From assembly GCF_048593235.1 (NCBI RefSeq), contig NC_133622.1, positions 170,996,001 through 171,060,000 on the forward strand: DNA of 64,000 nucleotides. The letters are read 5' to 3'. The translations under genes were made by a program, and so were the position numbers. This document shows, one piece after another, positions 63,081 through 64,000 of the stretch; position 1 is the stretch's first letter, and every line of letters begins with the position of its first letter. The notes beneath the pieces were generated by a model that made no database searches, had not been told where the DNA came from, and worked only from the letters and a program-made list of their open reading frames with translations. The DNA is from Sminthopsis crassicaudata (lineage: Eukaryota).

Positions 63081-64000
63081 AGCATCATACATTTAGAGTA
63101 GGAAGGAAACTTCAAAGCCATTTGAGCCAGCCCCCTCATTTTTCAGATAAGGACATAGATTTTTGCAATAGGGTAGAGGTCATATAGCTAATGTCTGAGG
63201 TTGAATTTGAACTTATTCTAAGGGCACTGTCAGAGCTTGGACTCAAATTCAGGTCTTCTAAATTCCAATTCACCTGATCCCCTATTTGGAGATAGAAATG
63301 ACATTAAAAACCATTGAATCCAAACCTTTCTTTAGACAGAGCCCACCCTCTTCCCATTAGACCATTATAAGGCTTTTCTCAATGATTCAGCATCCCACTG
63401 GAGGTAGGAGGAGAGGGGGGTATGATTCATATAACAAAGAAGTATAAGATAAAGAGGAAAATAATACATGGTCTCAGAGGGAATCAAGGATATATGGTAA
63501 TTCCTTGCTAATGCTTTTGTAAGAGTTTTGAGAAACTTGTAGTCTCATTGCATCAATAAAAGGTTAAGTTAGTTTTAAATTATCCATAGAGAACATAGCT
63601 CAGCTATAATGAGACCCCGAAGGGATTCTACATTACTCTATTAGAAATCACCAGTTTTTATGTAGATTAAAATTTATACCTGAATCAGAGACAGCTAGGT
63701 ATCCTTGATGACAAAATCTAGGATTTGCATCCAGAAAACTCTGAGTTTGAATCCTGCCCCAGACCTTTATTGACAATGGGACTGAGCAAATCCCTATGGC
63801 ATTAATTTCTTCATCTATTAAAGGAGAGGGTCACACTCTTAGGTGCTGTCCATATCTAAATGTATGATGCCATTATCCACATATTACTCAGTCATTACTA
63901 AGACGTTAACCAGTGTGAGAGTGACCAAATTTGAACTCAAATCTTACTGATTCCATGCACTGAGCCACCTGGCTGTTTCCAGTACAAACAGACGTTAAGT

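Noticed and set aside
1-64000. tRNA, rRNA, snRNA genes or non-retroviral endogenous viral elements
   Set aside because: None recognised by eye. tRNA-like A/B boxes occur only within SINE heads. A sensitive profile search was not possible.

Overview
AT-rich, repeat-dense vertebrate genomic DNA, almost certainly from an Australian marsupial. It carries young WSINE1-type CORE-SINEs, MAR1-type SINEs, marsupial L1 3' ends, L2/L3/MIR relics and one 133-N scaffold gap. I cannot confidently identify any intact protein-coding gene, so the window looks intergenic or deep intronic. Nearly all ORFs in the supplied track come from simple repeats or transposon fragments. There are two recognisable processed pseudogenes. 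The first is a full-length PCBP2 retrocopy (+, ~58.86-60.80 kb) made from an unusual splice/polyadenylation isoform with an alternative last exon. The second is a GRPEL1 retrocopy (-, ~35.13-36.17 kb) split into three pieces by a solo LTR and a SINE. Other notable structures are a TSD-flanked L1-L1 chimeric insertion, several solo ERV LTRs (one with a 3 x 88-bp tandem enhancer-like repeat, and one pair in opposite orientation) and a few unexplained exon-like or enhancer-like unique blocks. I found no evidence for a new biological system. The most interesting signals are molecular fossils of RNA processing and retrotransposition. Family names and parent-gene identities come from my recall of consensus and human protein sequences, not from database searches. 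Repeat boundaries without a TSD are approximate.
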